Below are positions 9,760 through 21,838 of a stretch of 64,000 bases of DNA, in pieces. Each line of letters starts with the position of its first letter. The first letter of the stretch is position 1. The notes beneath the pieces were generated by a model, which was not told the origin of the DNA, made no database searches, and saw only the letters and a list, made by a program, of their open reading frames with translations. This stretch comes from an uncultured Nitrospinota bacterium (GTDB lineage: Bacteria; Tectomicrobia; Entotheonellia; J063; CAVPRW01), in NCBI GenBank assembly GCA_963707985.1, contig CAVPRW010000023.1, positions 32,001 through 96,000 on the forward strand. The letters are read 5' to 3'. The position numbers were made by a program, and so were the translations under genes.

Positions 9760-10959
9760 CTACACAGCCTGGTTCATGGTAGGAATGGCAAGCAGCGGGC
9801 AGCGAATCCTTCGTAAGACCCGCTCCGTTGTACTGCCGCGTAGAGCATCGAGCCATCCGTCATGACCCCGGGTGGGCATGACCACTAGGTCAACGGCCTG
9901 TTCACGAGCCCAGGTCAGGATCTCCGTGACCACATCGCCATGCCGGCTGACGTGCCCCCATGTCCATCCCTCATGCGTTAGCATGTGGACGACCGGCTGG
10001 TCATACGGATCGCCGACGTGCAGCAGCGTAAACCGACCATGGGGACACCCGAGCAGCCGCACGATAGTGGAGGCTGCCTCCATCGCCCGTTGCGCGGGGG
10101 GATCATGGTCCACCGGGATGAGCACGTGCTGCACCTGCACTGTACCTTCACGGGGGGAGATAAACCCGTCGACCCCTTGGGGGATAAATAAGGTGAGCGT
10201 ATCTGCGGCACGGGCGAGAGGTTCGGCCACGGCCTGTTTGACCCACCGCAAGGGCTCCTGCAATTGGTGGGTCGCCAGCACCATGAGATCCCTGGGCCGA
10301 TGTCTGAGGAAGTCTTGGATGGCGAACATGGGGTCAGCATGCACGGAGGCGACCTTTTCCACGAAGACCCCAGTCTGGGCGAAGACATCCGCTTGAGAAC
10401 TGCCGGCCGGCAAGGTGCCCCACCGCTCAAGCGTCTGGCGGACCGCCGGAAACTCGGCAAAGTCAATCTCATCACGGGAGGGGGTCACATGCAACATGCT
10501 CAGCGGTACCTTTGCCATTACGGCGATTTTCAGCGCATGGTTGAAGGCGATCTCGCTGGTGGCTGAAAAATCTGTCGGATGAAACACGCTGGTCACCAGA
10601 ATCCTCGGGGATCCCCCTGTCTCTGAGGTCTGGCTAGCATTCCTCACCCTAATATGACCCGCGTTTGCCGTCTCCCGATCAAGGGGACCATGGTGCGTTC
10701 TTATCGGCGCGCTTCCTGCCGGTATCGCGTCTCTGTCACCAGACAGGAGCGATCTCGACAGAAATTCCCTCAGCAAGGCATACGCACGGTTGATATCTTT
10801 GAGTTTCTCTTCGGCTTTCTGCTGTAGGCGGGCATTGGAGGCATATCTATCAGGATGCCAGACTTGGACTAAATCTCGGTACGCTTGATCCAGGTCTGCT
10901 TGGGTGAAACCTCTCTCTAAATCGAATAATTCCAGGAGTTGATCGAGACTCATGTCCAC
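9760..10959 (-). CDS. DnaJ J-domain fused to tandem universal stress protein (USP) domains
   Basis: N-terminal AYRDLVQVWHPDRY...KLKDINRAY; USP1 HPTDFS...DLMVLATH; USP2 LIPVD...DLVVMPTRGHDG...GSTTERVLR. Confidence 0.88.
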   Translation of the reverse strand: MDMSLDQLLELFDLERGFTQADLDQAYRDLVQVWHPDRYASNARLQQKAEEKLKDINRAYALLREFLSRSLLSGDRDAIPAGSAPIRTHHGPLDRETANAGHIRVRNASQTSETGGSPRILVTSVFHPTDFSATSEIAFNHALKIAVMAKVPLSMLHVTPSRDEIDFAEFPAVRQTLERWGTLPAGSSQADVFAQTGVFVEKVASVHADPMFAIQDFLRHRPRDLMVLATHQLQEPLRWVKQAVAEPLARAADTLTLFIPQGVDGFISPREGTVQVQHVLIPVDHDPPAQRAMEAASTIVRLLGCPHGRFTLLHVGDPYDQPVVHMLTHEGWTWGHVSRHGDVVTEILTWAREQAVDLVVMPTRGHDGWLDALRGSTTERVLRRIRCPLLAIPTMNQAV

Positions 10960-11051
10960 CTCTCTATGGATAGCGGCCGAGGATTTGTCGCAGAGGCTCC
11001 TGCCAAGACTCCTGTCTGGCCATCATCGTTCCACGTCCACGACCTTTTCGA

Positions 11052-13295
11052 TCACTGCGAATCTTCGATTTGGAACTGTTTCTTCAGTAGTTGAACGTTC
11101 AGCTTAATAATGCCGGGGTCATCATCGACAGTCACAATTTGATAACCATCGACGTTCAACAAGCGCTGCAATGCCACCAGCACACGAGGTATGTGGACAT
11201 CCGGCTGGCCAAGCGCTTCGGCCAGAGCGCGGCGAGGGATTCGGTAACGATATTGATCCAGTGCCTTGAGGAATGCCTCCACGTGCTGCTCGCTCGGGGC
11301 TCTGCGGCCGGCAATTCGCCACTGAGCTGTGAAGACCGAAGAGCTCAGAAGGCGAACGATCCAGTCTGCAGAAGGCTCCTCCTCCTTATCCATCTGCACG
11401 CCGCCGAAAAGACTTCCCTGGCCCCCAGAGCCCTCTTTGGACCCTCGGGTCGTGCGATCCGACACAGAGCGTGCCTCCGTGGGCGGCCCCTCGATGGGAT
11501 TCCACCACCTCGGCAAACAGTCGGGCAATGCTTCCCAGCCCACGATCGCACGATCCAATGTGGCAAACACCCCCATAGGGACCAGCACTTCCTGCGGTGT
11601 AGCCCCGCCATGATAACCCTGTTTCCTCTGACCATATCTGACCGTCTCGCTCCACGGCACGATGAGGCGTCTGAGTCCTGTTGCCTGCTCGATCCTCTGG
11701 CCCTCAAAGACGACTTCCTGCTCTGCGAGTGTGTCGCTGAAGGGACGCCAGCGCGCTTCCTCACTGCCGGTGAGATGCTGTGTCCCATCCTCGAGCACAT
11801 GCCCATGATCGCTGGTGATGATGACCGCGCGGTTGGCCAAGCGCGCCTCATACAGCAAGGCATCGAGGTGGTGGAACTGGCTGATGGTCCAGGAAAATCG
11901 CAGCTGGTCGGACTTGGCGAGATGATCGTCCACGGCATTTAACACGACCCCGATGATCTTCCGGTCTATATCACGAACGGCGTCGCGCACTACTCCTGAT
12001 AGGCCGGCGGCACCCGCCTCGACCAATTTCCCCTTGTGAAACAACAACGGCGGATGGGCAGATCGAGACACTGAGACCAGATCGCCATGTGTGGCAAAAC
12101 TGCGCTTTTCGGACGCGCTATTGCCCCGGACAACGTTACCAGCCAGCAAGCTCGCGCGCGACGTTTCGGTCACGCTGGGGATGGTGCTGACCAGTGAGGG
12201 TAACGGCCAGCCTGGGCGATTGGTCAGCTCGATCCACCCCCGACCTCTGAGATCATCAGAGAGCTCACGAAAGACGGCATAATTCATCCCATCGATGACC
12301 AGGAGCAAGACTGGCGTGGCTGCCGCCAGCTCGGCGACGATCGCCGACAAGGCCTTTTCGATGGGCAATAGCCCCTCCATCATGACAGGAGCCTTGTGCC
12401 AATCAGCCAAAAGATTTGCGAACACCTGGTTCTGACGCTCGCGTTGCTCACGAACGCGGCTGGCGAGCGTCCTATATGCCCTCGCCAGCGTTTCGATCTC
12501 ATCACCGCCGGTCGATAGCATGTGCCACGCCAGATAGGGCTCTAGACGGGCACGCGCCTGCGCGATACCCAGGTGGGTGCGTCCCTGTGGAGCAAAAAGG
12601 ATTTCACACACCAGACCGATGGGCAGCAACAGATCGCCATAGCCTGCGTCAAGCGCATTGAGCATGACGGCGCCAATGTCGCCAGCGCTGTCCTCGACAC
12701 GCTGCCGTAGTCCAACATACCATTCATGGACGAGGGCTTCATAACGGTGCAGGTTCTGAGCCCACAGACTCCACTGTATCAAGGCCAGCGCATCCGGACG
12801 TCCGTCGGGAAGCCCAAGATGCTGCTGGCACAGATGCGTCCAGACCGTATCGGCATCGAGCATGCCGCTGGTGACCGGCGGATAACCGCCGTCGGGCACC
12901 TTCTGCAACAGGGCATCGGCGATCCAGCCGTGGGTCACAAGGCGTGGATCGAGCTGTCGGGCACGGAAGAGGTCTCGCACCATTTGCCACCGGTCGATGC
13001 GGTGCAATCGCCTGCTGGCCAACCGCGCCATGACATCGAGGCTCAACTGGCTCTCTTCGATATTGGTGATCAGTACCAGCGGCAGGGCGTCTTCGGGATG
13101 GCTGGCCAGAACCTCGCTGACCTGCAGTGCCGAGGTGCAAAACGCCACCGGCAAGCGCTCCCCATTCACCCGCAGCTCGGTCCCTCCAAGCCAGATTCCC
13201 GGTGTGTAGATTCCGATCACGGAGGCCTTGGACGCATGACGGCGAATCAATGCCACTCGTGTCGCGACCTGATCTGGTGTCGGTCCAGTCATCAT
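11052..13295 (-). CDS. pglZ: BREX-2 phosphatase PglZ, possibly with an in-frame internal deletion
   Basis: LLVIDGM, PSVTETSRASL, NAVDDHL, TSDHGH and GYHGG alkaline-phosphatase-superfamily motifs; directly after pglY. Confidence 0.92.
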   Translation of the reverse strand: MMTGPTPDQVATRVALIRRHASKASVIGIYTPGIWLGGTELRVNGERLPVAFCTSALQVSEVLASHPEDALPLVLITNIEESQLSLDVMARLASRRLHRIDRWQMVRDLFRARQLDPRLVTHGWIADALLQKVPDGGYPPVTSGMLDADTVWTHLCQQHLGLPDGRPDALALIQWSLWAQNLHRYEALVHEWYVGLRQRVEDSAGDIGAVMLNALDAGYGDLLLPIGLVCEILFAPQGRTHLGIAQARARLEPYLAWHMLSTGGDEIETLARAYRTLASRVREQRERQNQVFANLLADWHKAPVMMEGLLPIEKALSAIVAELAAATPVLLLVIDGMNYAVFRELSDDLRGRGWIELTNRPGWPLPSLVSTIPSVTETSRASLLAGNVVRGNSASEKRSFATHGDLVSVSRSAHPPLLFHKGKLVEAGAAGLSGVVRDAVRDIDRKIIGVVLNAVDDHLAKSDQLRFSWTISQFHHLDALLYEARLANRAVIITSDHGHVLEDGTQHLTGSEEARWRPFSDTLAEQEVVFEGQRIEQATGLRRLIVPWSETVRYGQRKQGYHGGATPQEVLVPMGVFATLDRAIVGWEALPDCLPRWWNPIEGPPTEARSVSDRTTRGSKEGSGGQGSLFGGVQMDKEEEPSADWIVRLLSSSVFTAQWRIAGRRAPSEQHVEAFLKALDQYRYRIPRRALAEALGQPDVHIPRVLVALQRLLNVDGYQIVTVDDDPGIIKLNVQLLKKQFQIEDSQ

Positions 13296-16200
13296 GCCGT
13301 ATCACCGTTTTTCGAATGTAAGCGCCAATCGAGGTCCAGCACGAGGTCGGGAGCGAACTCCAGCGCCCTGCGAATCATGTCGAAGACGGCCATAGCCCCC
13401 TGCCTGTCGAGGCCGTGCTGGGAGCCAGTAAGGTCGCCGGCCGGTGGGGGCGTCGGGCGGGGTGGTGGCCGTGGCGATGGTTGCGGATCCGCGGGGATGT
13501 CTTTGACCACCTCGCTAATCAAACTCAGCGCAGCGGACTGCGCGTCCTGTAAACTCCCCGCCAGGGGCACCACATGCTCGTCCCGCGCCAGCGCATCCTT
13601 CACCTGCTCGATAATAGCGGCTGCTTCCGGTGCCCGCTCCTGGGGCAACTGAGCTAATCGTGTCAAACAGTCGCCACTGTGTGACGCCAAGTGCAGTCGC
13701 CAAATCGGCAGCCTTCTTGATGGACGCCCCCATGGCCACCTCAGAGGTCGCAACGGAGGCCCCGGCCATGACCTCGATGACCTGATCTTTACTGGCCTCG
13801 ATGATGCCGCTTAAAAACGCCAGGGCTGCCTGCGCCGTTTGCAGACGCGGAGCCGCGCCCGTCTCGACAGCGAAGACCTGCAGACGCTGGCGAAGACTCC
13901 TGCACAGCTGCTCTACACGTGGACGCTCACGCTCCGCCTCGACTTTTGCGTCCGCGACCAGCTTCGCCACATTGGTGGCGTTCAACAGGGGTGAAGTCGT
14001 AAGACCCAAAATTGTTGCGGCGCGCTTGCTCGCATCCTGCCATTGTGCGCCGCTCGGCAGCGCCTGCTCGCGCAACTCCAGGTCATCATCCAAGCGTTCG
14101 AGCTGGGGCTCCACCGGGCGGCCGTGCAGATAAAAGCTCAGATCGCTTTGCCAGGCGAAGCTCAGGATCACGAGGTTTGCAGGTCTGTGCGCAGCCCCAT
14201 GGCCTCTGGTTGATCCATCCAGGCCCGTAGGCGGCGCACAGTGAAGCTGGTGACACCGTCCTCTGCCTTCTTGCGCAGAAACCGACTTCTCCATTCATCG
14301 CGCAAGACGAAGTGCGTCTCCCCCATGTCCCCGAGTCGCAACGGCACCGCTATGCGCCGGACCTCATCGCGTAACCCTCGCTCGACCTCGACTCGTCCCT
14401 CGCGCACTTGCGTGGCCTTCTGGACGATGTTCTTGACATGATCGAGCGCGTTCCTCCTCACCTCTCCTTCGAATTGCGGATGGGCCGGGAACTGGTATGC
14501 GAGGGCTTGGGAGAATAGCTGATCGAGCGCATCTTTGAGACTCGCCCCTACCGGCGGTTGCAGGGTCAGCGCCGGATTTAACGGGATGAACCGCTCATCG
14601 AGGTCGTATGACGTATCGATGGCCTCGCGATCCATCGCGCTTACACCGTACGCCGCGAGCATATAGTTGCGGATACGCTGCCGCATTTGGCCCTGCTGGT
14701 TTTGTAGGAGGATGCGGGCCTGCTCGCGCTCGATCTGGGAAAGGTGGCTGCCATATTGATTGAGGTTATTGCCTGAGAGGATGTGATCGAGCAAGACGAG
14801 CCGCCCGAGGTCCTCCATGGCCTTCGGGGTGAAGAAGGCCGCCAGCCATACCAGACAGTTGGACGGCTGGCCGATGGCCTGGAATTTCTGTATCTGGGCA
14901 CGGTCGTCGTTAGGCGTATAATTTTCCCGGTCAAAAGGGAAATCGACGACGATGCGCCATAGGCCTTCCTGAGCCCTCAGGCTATCCAGTGATAATTCGC
15001 GGACGTTCCCGAACAGGATTTCGCACGTACGGCGGCTGCCGCGCCAGAGGACTTCATAGCGGGGCAGGAAGAGCCCTCCGTTCTCGTCCAGGCCGAGTTG
15101 CTCGTTGAGCAGGCTGCGGATCTTGCGAATCCGGTTGCCATAGCTATCGAATCCCTGGGCGTTCGCCACAATCCCCTCGGTATCGATGCCGACGATGTGG
15201 AGCGAGATGATAGGGTTACCTGCGTCTTCGGAAATCTTGATTTCCCCGACTTGCGCGGCCCAATGGCGACACTTATTCAGGACGATCTGACTCTCCTGGC
15301 CCGGAATCGGCGAGCGCACGGTGCCATGGTTCAATGCGGCGAGACGGCTGGACGTGAGCGCGCGTAAAGCCTCAACCTCGGGTGCGAGTGCTGAGAGAAT
15401 TAACGTCTTGAGCAGACGGTCATCGTTACGAAAGCGTTGGGCGACGGCGGCGTCTACGTTGCCTTCCCTGACATCCTGGGCCGTCACGTGGTGTTCCTGC
15501 TCGAGTATGGGGAGGAGCTTCTGCCGATAGAGCTTCTTGGCATTGTCGAAATTGAGGCGCATCGCCTGCGTGAAGGGCTCATCCCCTTCGAGGATGACAT
15601 CGAAGAGATCGCCCACCGGCACGATGTCATCGAGCTCAAGGCTGTCACGCTGATTGACCAGCAACTGCAGCATCAGCTTCAAGGCGGTACGCTCGCGTTG
15701 CAGCAGCGCCGAGATGGCGACGAGGGTCTGCACCAGGACGGGGCTGAAGGGATAGACCTGCCGGAACATGTCGCGATCTCCGGCGCGGGTGAGCAGGACG
15801 TTCATCACCTCTTCGCGCACGCGGGCGGTCTTATCGAAAGCCTCCTTGAGCAGTTGCGCCGCCTGCGGAGATTTCGGACGCAACAGCCGTTTTTCGACAA
15901 TGGCCGGGAGGTTGCGATCTTCGAGCGTGATCTCATCGAAACGTGCCTCCCACCAGTTCAGTACATCGGCAAAGCCCAGCTGTTCCGCTCCTGGCAGGTG
16001 CTCTCCCACGAGCTCTCGCAGATCCCGTTGCCGGGCGATGAAGCTGACGATGGGGATCGGCCGTTCGGCGGCCATGGCTTCGACCAGCTTGGCAACCTTC
16101 TGCCCTTCACGGTTGACGAAGGCGAGGTCGGCAGCATGGCTGGCGAGCCACAGGATCAGCTCATCCAGGAACAGGACGATGGCATCGTAGCCCAGGGCCT

Positions 16201-16960
16201 GCGCATGCTTCGACATGATCGCCAGGCCTTCATCGAGCGAGACAAACCCCTCACCACCTGCGGCGGCGATATCACGGGCGGCCTCAAAGAACGCATCCAC
16301 CAGGTCACCGATCAACCGAATGCGCTCGTCGGCGGTGGGCGGCGCATCCATCGCCGCCTCGAAGCTGGTCGCGTCCCAACCGACGCCGAGCCTACCCCAG
16401 CCATCCGCATCGCCACCGTCGCGACTGAGTCGGGCGAAAAAGACCTCATCTCCCATCGTCTCCCGTAGACGACGCGCATCGGCGAACAGGCTTTCAGCCT
16501 GGTAGAACCCCGGCGTCGGGGACTCAGGGTGGCGCGTGCGGATGTAGTGTGCATAATGGCCGAGCACAGCCGATTCGAGGCTGGGTGAGCCGATCAGATG
16601 GTAAGGCACGACGAGAACATTGCGCCCCTCGGTCCAGGCATTGTGCTTGGCGATGACTGGTGCGAGCTCGGGGATGGAGCGGGCGTCGGGATTCCCTTGC
16701 AACAGGAGCGTCAGCACGGCCATGAAATGGCTCTTCCCACTGCCGAAGCTGCCATGCAGGTAGGCCCCTTTACTGGAGTTCGATTCCAGAGCACTCCTGA
16801 TCAGTTGCATTGCCTGATCGAAACAGATCGCCAGCTGCGGCGTGACCACGTAGGTACGGAGGGTTTCAGCCGGACGTTGTACGCCCTCGCTCAAGCGCAA
16901 GACGAAGTCGCCTTGATGGACCTGGGTGGGGATATCAAAGATATCGCTGATGAGGGTCAT
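13292..16960 (-). CDS. pglY: BREX-2 ATPase PglY, split by two apparent 1-nt indels (~14177, ~13655)
   Basis: MTLISDIFDIP start, Walker A GSFGSGKS, FLDELILWL, ARQRDL, YPFSP; continues through ORFs 13515..14294 and 13292..13753. Confidence 0.92.
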
Positions 16961-17010
16961 CGCGGTTCTCTTTCCACTTCACGACCACTGAGCGTGGGAA
17001 GCCGCGGCAT
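16957..17010 (-). pseudogene. HicA-family toxin remnant, 17 codons (MPRLPTLSGREVEREPR)
   Basis: ATG overlaps the hicB stop (TAATG); MPRLPxLSGREV is a HicA-type N-terminus; its stop overlaps the pglY start. Confidence 0.65.
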
Positions 17011-17216
17011 TATACAGCGACCTCGACCTGATGGGTCTCGACCGTTAGGGGGAGCCCCCGTTCCGCGCGCACCTCAAGACATAACTTGATGGCGTCCTTC
17101 ACGTTGGCTAATGCCTCTTCCTTCGTCGTGCCTTGGCTGACACACCCTGGGATAGCTGGACATTCGGCGATCCACACGCCATCTTCATCGCGGTCGAGTG
17201 TCACAAGAAACCTCAT
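17010..17216 (-). CDS. hicB: HicB-family antitoxin
   Basis: DEDGVWIAECPAIPGCVSQGTTKEEALANVKDAI signature. Confidence 0.9.
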   Translation of the reverse strand: MRFLVTLDRDEDGVWIAECPAIPGCVSQGTTKEEALANVKDAIKLCLEVRAERGLPLTVETHQVEVAV

Positions 17217-17434
17217 CGTTGTCCTCCGACTTGCTCAGGCTCCACGTCAACGTCGCCCGTATGGACGGGCTCTAGTTCGTGGAGTCCACGCCTTTCGGGG
17301 CTGATTTTCCCCCACGATTCTCTCTGGACCATCGGGGGAATGAGAATACGCTCCAGCCCTAAGTTCTGCAAGAGGGACAAGCGGTCTATTTTCGCCAACG
17401 CAATGAGTGGGCCAGTGTTACAAACCAGTATCAT
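17213..17434 (-). pseudogene. Truncated PIN-domain (DUF3368-like) toxin
   Basis: MILVCNTGPLIALAKIDRLSLL...ILIPPMVQRE N-terminus; only 73 aa with an unrelated tail; follows a UPF0175 gene. Confidence 0.75.
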
Positions 17435-17718
17435 CGCTTCAGGATTTTATCCATGGTCGTGAGATCTGCCTCAAGTTCTTTTTGCAGCTCTTCATCAGGA
17501 TAATTGAAGAGACTCACGTGATACCTGCGACACGCTTCAAAAAACTCAGCTCGCGACATGCCAGCAAGTTCGGCTGCCTTGCCCGATGAGAGCTTCCCTA
17601 ATTCGAACATCTTCAGCGCTGCCATTAAGCGGAGATGGTGCTCCAATTCCTCTTTCGTCAGATGAACGGCTCGTTCAAGGCCTGCAGGGTAACGGATCCT
17701 GAGTTCCTCCGTTGCCAT
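17431..17718 (-). CDS. UPF0175-family antitoxin
   Basis: ALKMFELGKLSSGKAAELAGMSRAEF HTH signature. Confidence 0.88.
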   Translation of the reverse strand: MATEELRIRYPAGLERAVHLTKEELEHHLRLMAALKMFELGKLSSGKAAELAGMSRAEFFEACRRYHVSLFNYPDEELQKELEADLTTMDKILKR

Positions 17719-17790
17719 AAAACATTCTCCTCAGTGGGGACAGTTAGGCGTATCGTGCCCTCCTGTTTTCGCCTGACTGTTACCATACGG

Positions 17791-20700
17791 TTACGAATCG
17801 GAAATGCGTAGACGCCGCCCGCGCCCTCGCCCTGTCAGGAGTGGGGTCCAGCGCCTGAGGTCTTCATGTGTTAGCCCATATTGTTGCAGCTGTCCCTGCA
17901 GGAAGAGTTCGAAGAAATCGCCCATGCGCTGGTTGAATTCGGGATCGATGTCGTTATGCCACTGCTTGATCCAGGGAATGAGCTCCGCAAGTCCCGCCAG
18001 TGGGGGCTTCAGACGCTCCGGAGGCCAGCCGTCGCGTTCTATGAGCTCGGTGTACCAGGCCGCTAGCGCTCTCGCCTGTTGGAGGTAGTCCCAGCCGGCC
18101 CAGGCGACGACAAGCGTCGGGTCGGAGTCAAGGGAACAGAAGGGATAGCTGATAAAACGCTCTTTCGGCACGTCGAGCGGACCACGCAGCCGCCAATAGG
18201 CGCTGTTCTGGAAATCGGCGGAAGTGTACTTGGGTGGTGGTGGAATATCGCCGATTTCCTGCTGCTTGCGTCGGTGTTGTTCCGCCTGCAGACGCTCCTG
18301 GAAATCTGCCGCGCTCTCATCGACCCGTCGAGGCAACGAGGCAGCGACGTCAGCATCGATGGCATCCTCACGCCGCTGCTGCACCCAGGTGCGGTCCCAT
18401 ATGTCACGTTTGCGCAGCCCCAAAGCTTTGTAGCGCAGGACAGGCAGGAAGGGAACGGACTCGGACGCCACGAGCTCGGCCACAAGCGCGTGGACGTCGA
18501 ACCCCGCATGACCGCGGTACAGTTCCGCCACCTGCAGGAAGTCTGAATCGCTCTGTGCCCTGTTTGCCAGCGTGCGTGTGGTCTGGAGGGAAAGCTCAGG
18601 CCAATATCTTGCATCTTCTAGGCGGTCGAGCAACCAGTTCTTGAGAGCCCGTTTTTCCTGGTCGTCCAAGGGCTCGGTATTCCAGCGGCGCTTGTATTCG
18701 GGGCGCTCGATGAGAGCAATGTCATGGTTGCTCTCGATGGCGGCGATGCGACGCTCCACCAAACGCTTGTACTCGTCAGGCCAGTGATCGGGAATCTCGG
18801 TGATGGGCTTCGAGCGGTGGCGTTCGAACCAGGTGGTTTCAAGTTGACCGGCGGCCATCTGGCGGGCCATGACGATCTCGAAGGCGCGTTGGCCCAGTTC
18901 GATGGCGGGGGGCTCAAGCGGTTTTCCCTCGAAATCGGTGTAGCAGAGGTCTTCATCAATGATGCCATAGAGCTTGTAGCAGCGCCAGTCGAGTTCCTCT
19001 TGCAGAGCGATCATTGTGCGGAGCAGCGCCACTGCTTTGTGTCGATGTTCATCAAGCGCTATTCGGGACAGAGGAAAGCCTGCGGTCAGCTGTGCGGGTA
19101 GGTGCGTTTGCCGCTCTTGGGCGAGATGGTCCAGCTTGCTGGCGAGGGCGAGGGGTTTCTCCTGGGTAACGGGGAACTTCAGTAATCCCGTACCAGTGAA
19201 CTCATAGAAGTTTTCGAAGGCGACGGTGGTTTGCCGGGCTCCCCTATCATCGACCGTACTGCCTTTGTTATGGAAGATCTGCTTCATCCAGAAGCACGCG
19301 GTGGAGCTGTTAAGCAGACCAAGCAGGGCGAGATGATCGTCCACTGTGGCATCGGCGGGTAACTTGATGATCGGGGCTGAACGGTTAAACACTTTCCCAC
19401 CGCGGTCGAGCACAAAATGGTTATGCGTGGCGACGAAGGCAAAAGCAATGGATAGAGGGCTGCGGAAACGCTCTCGAAAGAACATTGAGTACTCATACCA
19501 GTTGAGACCACGCACAAGCTGGTTAGCCCCATAGGCTACTCGGTCAGATAGTCGAGCCTTCCATGGCCATAGGAAATGCTGAAGGGATTCTGAAGCGCTA
19601 CCGCGAAGCGTTTGCACATCATAAGGCCATATCGCGCCAGGCGTTTCACCAATTCCCCAGTCACGAATCTCGTCTCCTGCAATTAACTCTCTAATTTCAG
19701 ACTCAGAAAGCCGATGCCTGAGTGCAACTCTTGCAGACACAAGATACACCTCATCTTCACGGGTCACGGCCCCAAACCCAATCTCATCACATTTGTCGCC
19801 CAGCTGTCTATCAGCCAAAACATCCAGTTGGGCTTTCAGCTCTGCGGCACCTCCGCCCCCAATACTCCATGGATGGTTGGCAAACGTCTGCCGCGGAACA
19901 TCTGTGACACTGACAAAGTCGTTCTGTACCCCGCTGGCGTCCAGGAACTCAACGATCGAGCTCCATACTTGCCCCTGCGCCGGATCAGCTGGAGTACTCG
20001 GTTCACCGCGAATCCCAAGCACCGCACGCACTGTCTGGCTCACAGGGAGACGATGGCGACCAAAGAGGATGACCGTAGGCGTCCCATGACCGGGGATGTA
20101 CGCGCCTGATGTATCGATGACATGCGTCAGGTCGACGCGCGGGAAAAACTCCTCTATCAGTTTTTTGCCAAACTCGCGCTTCATGAAAGAATTGGCGGTG
20201 ATCATGCCAGCATAACCGGCTGGCTTGGCATCTGCCCCGTAAAGCGCCAGATCGAAGAACCGCTCGGTGAATGGAATAACCAGGGAGTACTGTCGATGGC
20301 AGGTCGCGAAGCGATCCCGGTAGACCTGACTAAGGCCCCGATCTTTGACCGTGATGTAGGGCGGATTTCCCACCACGACATGATACTGCTGCCCGAGAAT
20401 GCGGTTCAGCTCACCCAGGTCCTCCACCTGGTATGTATGCCTGGTCCCCTCACCCCGTTGACGGTGTCCGCGTGCATCATCCAGGCCGAGCTCACCGAAC
20501 CGTGCCCCATGCAGCAAGCTATCCCCAACGGCCACATTGATCCGGAACGCCGGTGCCTCCTTCAATTTGTCGATGCCGCTTGCCCTCAAGGCCTCCAGGA
20601 GCAACCGAAAGCGCGCAATGGCTACAGCGTAAGGATTCAGGTCCACGCCATACACAGCATTCAGCGCGCGTTGCACCAGCTCCCGCTCCACCGTTCCCGG

Positions 20701-21479
20701 CTCCGTACGAAACCACCGTTCCAGAATGCGCCGAAATGCCCCCAGGAGAAAATGGCCCGAGCCGCAGGTCGGGTCGATCAGTCGCACGTCGCTCAAGCCA
20801 AACTCTGTAATCGCCGGCTCCAGGGTGCGGTCGAGGATGAACTCCTCCACAAACTCTGGCGTTTGCAGCAGGGCGTAGCGCTTGCGGGCGTCCTCCGAGA
20901 GGTCCTGGTAGAGATCCCCCAGGAAGCGGGTATTCCATGTCTCGTCGTCTCGTCCGTAAAGTCGTGAACGAGTATCCCTGTTTCCGGCACTACCTGGCGC
21001 CAGAAGACGATCAGCTCCTTGGCGGCGTCCCCGGAGATGCCGTATGTCCAAATGGGGTTGTGACTTTCGGCGAACAGCGTTGCGACCGCTGGTAGCTTTG
21101 CGACGACACGAAAGGCCGCATAGAGGTAATCGCGGTCGCTGTCGAGAGGGTGTTCCTGAAAATAGAGGATCTGCCGTTCAGCGGCATGGTTCCTCCGCTC
21201 TCCTGGACCCGAGATCAATGCCTCCTCCACCAGGCCATTGTCCTCTAAGAAGCGCACAAAGACACAGCCCAGGAGCCAGGCTGCAGCAGCCTGAGTGAGC
21301 ATCCCCTCGCGCCAGACCTTATAGGCTTCTCCCGTGCGCCCGGCATCCCCGGCGGCCTGATACTCGCGTTCCAGCGCGACACGCATCTCTGCCACCGTGT
21401 CCGCTCGCTCGCGCAGGTCGCCTTCGAGGCGTCTTAGCAAACGTTTGAGATCCTCAAGTAAATGCTTGGCGGTGATCAA
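17791..21479 (-). CDS. pglX: BREX-2 adenine DNA methyltransferase PglX, frameshifted by an 8-bp tandem duplication at 20939-20954
   Basis: FVRFLEDN, WNTRFLGDLYQDL, IDPTCGSGHFL, NPPY, GHGTPT, DVPKERFI; removing one GTCTCGTC copy gives a single 1226-aa ORF. Confidence 0.94.
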
Positions 21480-21520
21480 GGCTCATCGCTCCCGATTTTG
21501 GGTCCTCTACGCGGAGGTAC

Positions 21521-21802
21521 TTATGCTGGGTTACCAGTATTTTTGGGTGCAGTTGCATAGTCCCAGTAGCCAATGTGGTCCGAGAGCGCTTCCGCTTCCT
21601 CATCGGGAATATATTGACCTAAGCGGATTCGGGCATCATTGATAGCTTGTACCAATGTCGGTGTCAGGTACATTGCTAAAGCCTCCTGCAACGCACGTTG
21701 CCGCTTTGGATCATGGCCCGAGCCTTCCGCATGGCCAAATACCCCGCCGATTTGGTCCAAGGAGACCGCAAGGTTTTCCAAAACAGTCCATGCCGCGAGC
21801 AC
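21521..21802 (-). CDS. Hypothetical protein, ~93 aa (start uncertain)
   Basis: Fills the gap between yoeB and pglX on the operon strand. Confidence 0.5.
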   Translation of the reverse strand: MLAAWTVLENLAVSLDQIGGVFGHAEGSGHDPKRQRALQEALAMYLTPTLVQAINDARIRLGQYIPDEEAEALSDHIGYWDYATAPKNTGNPA

Positions 21803-21838
21803 GTCATTCTTAGCAACTAGAATAGTATTTTTCCCAGA

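Noticed and set aside
15437..16468. Long + strand ORFs opposite pglY, pglZ, pglX, atp genes and glgP
   Set aside because: Antisense shadows expected from high-GC3 codon usage; the opposite strand holds recognisable genes.
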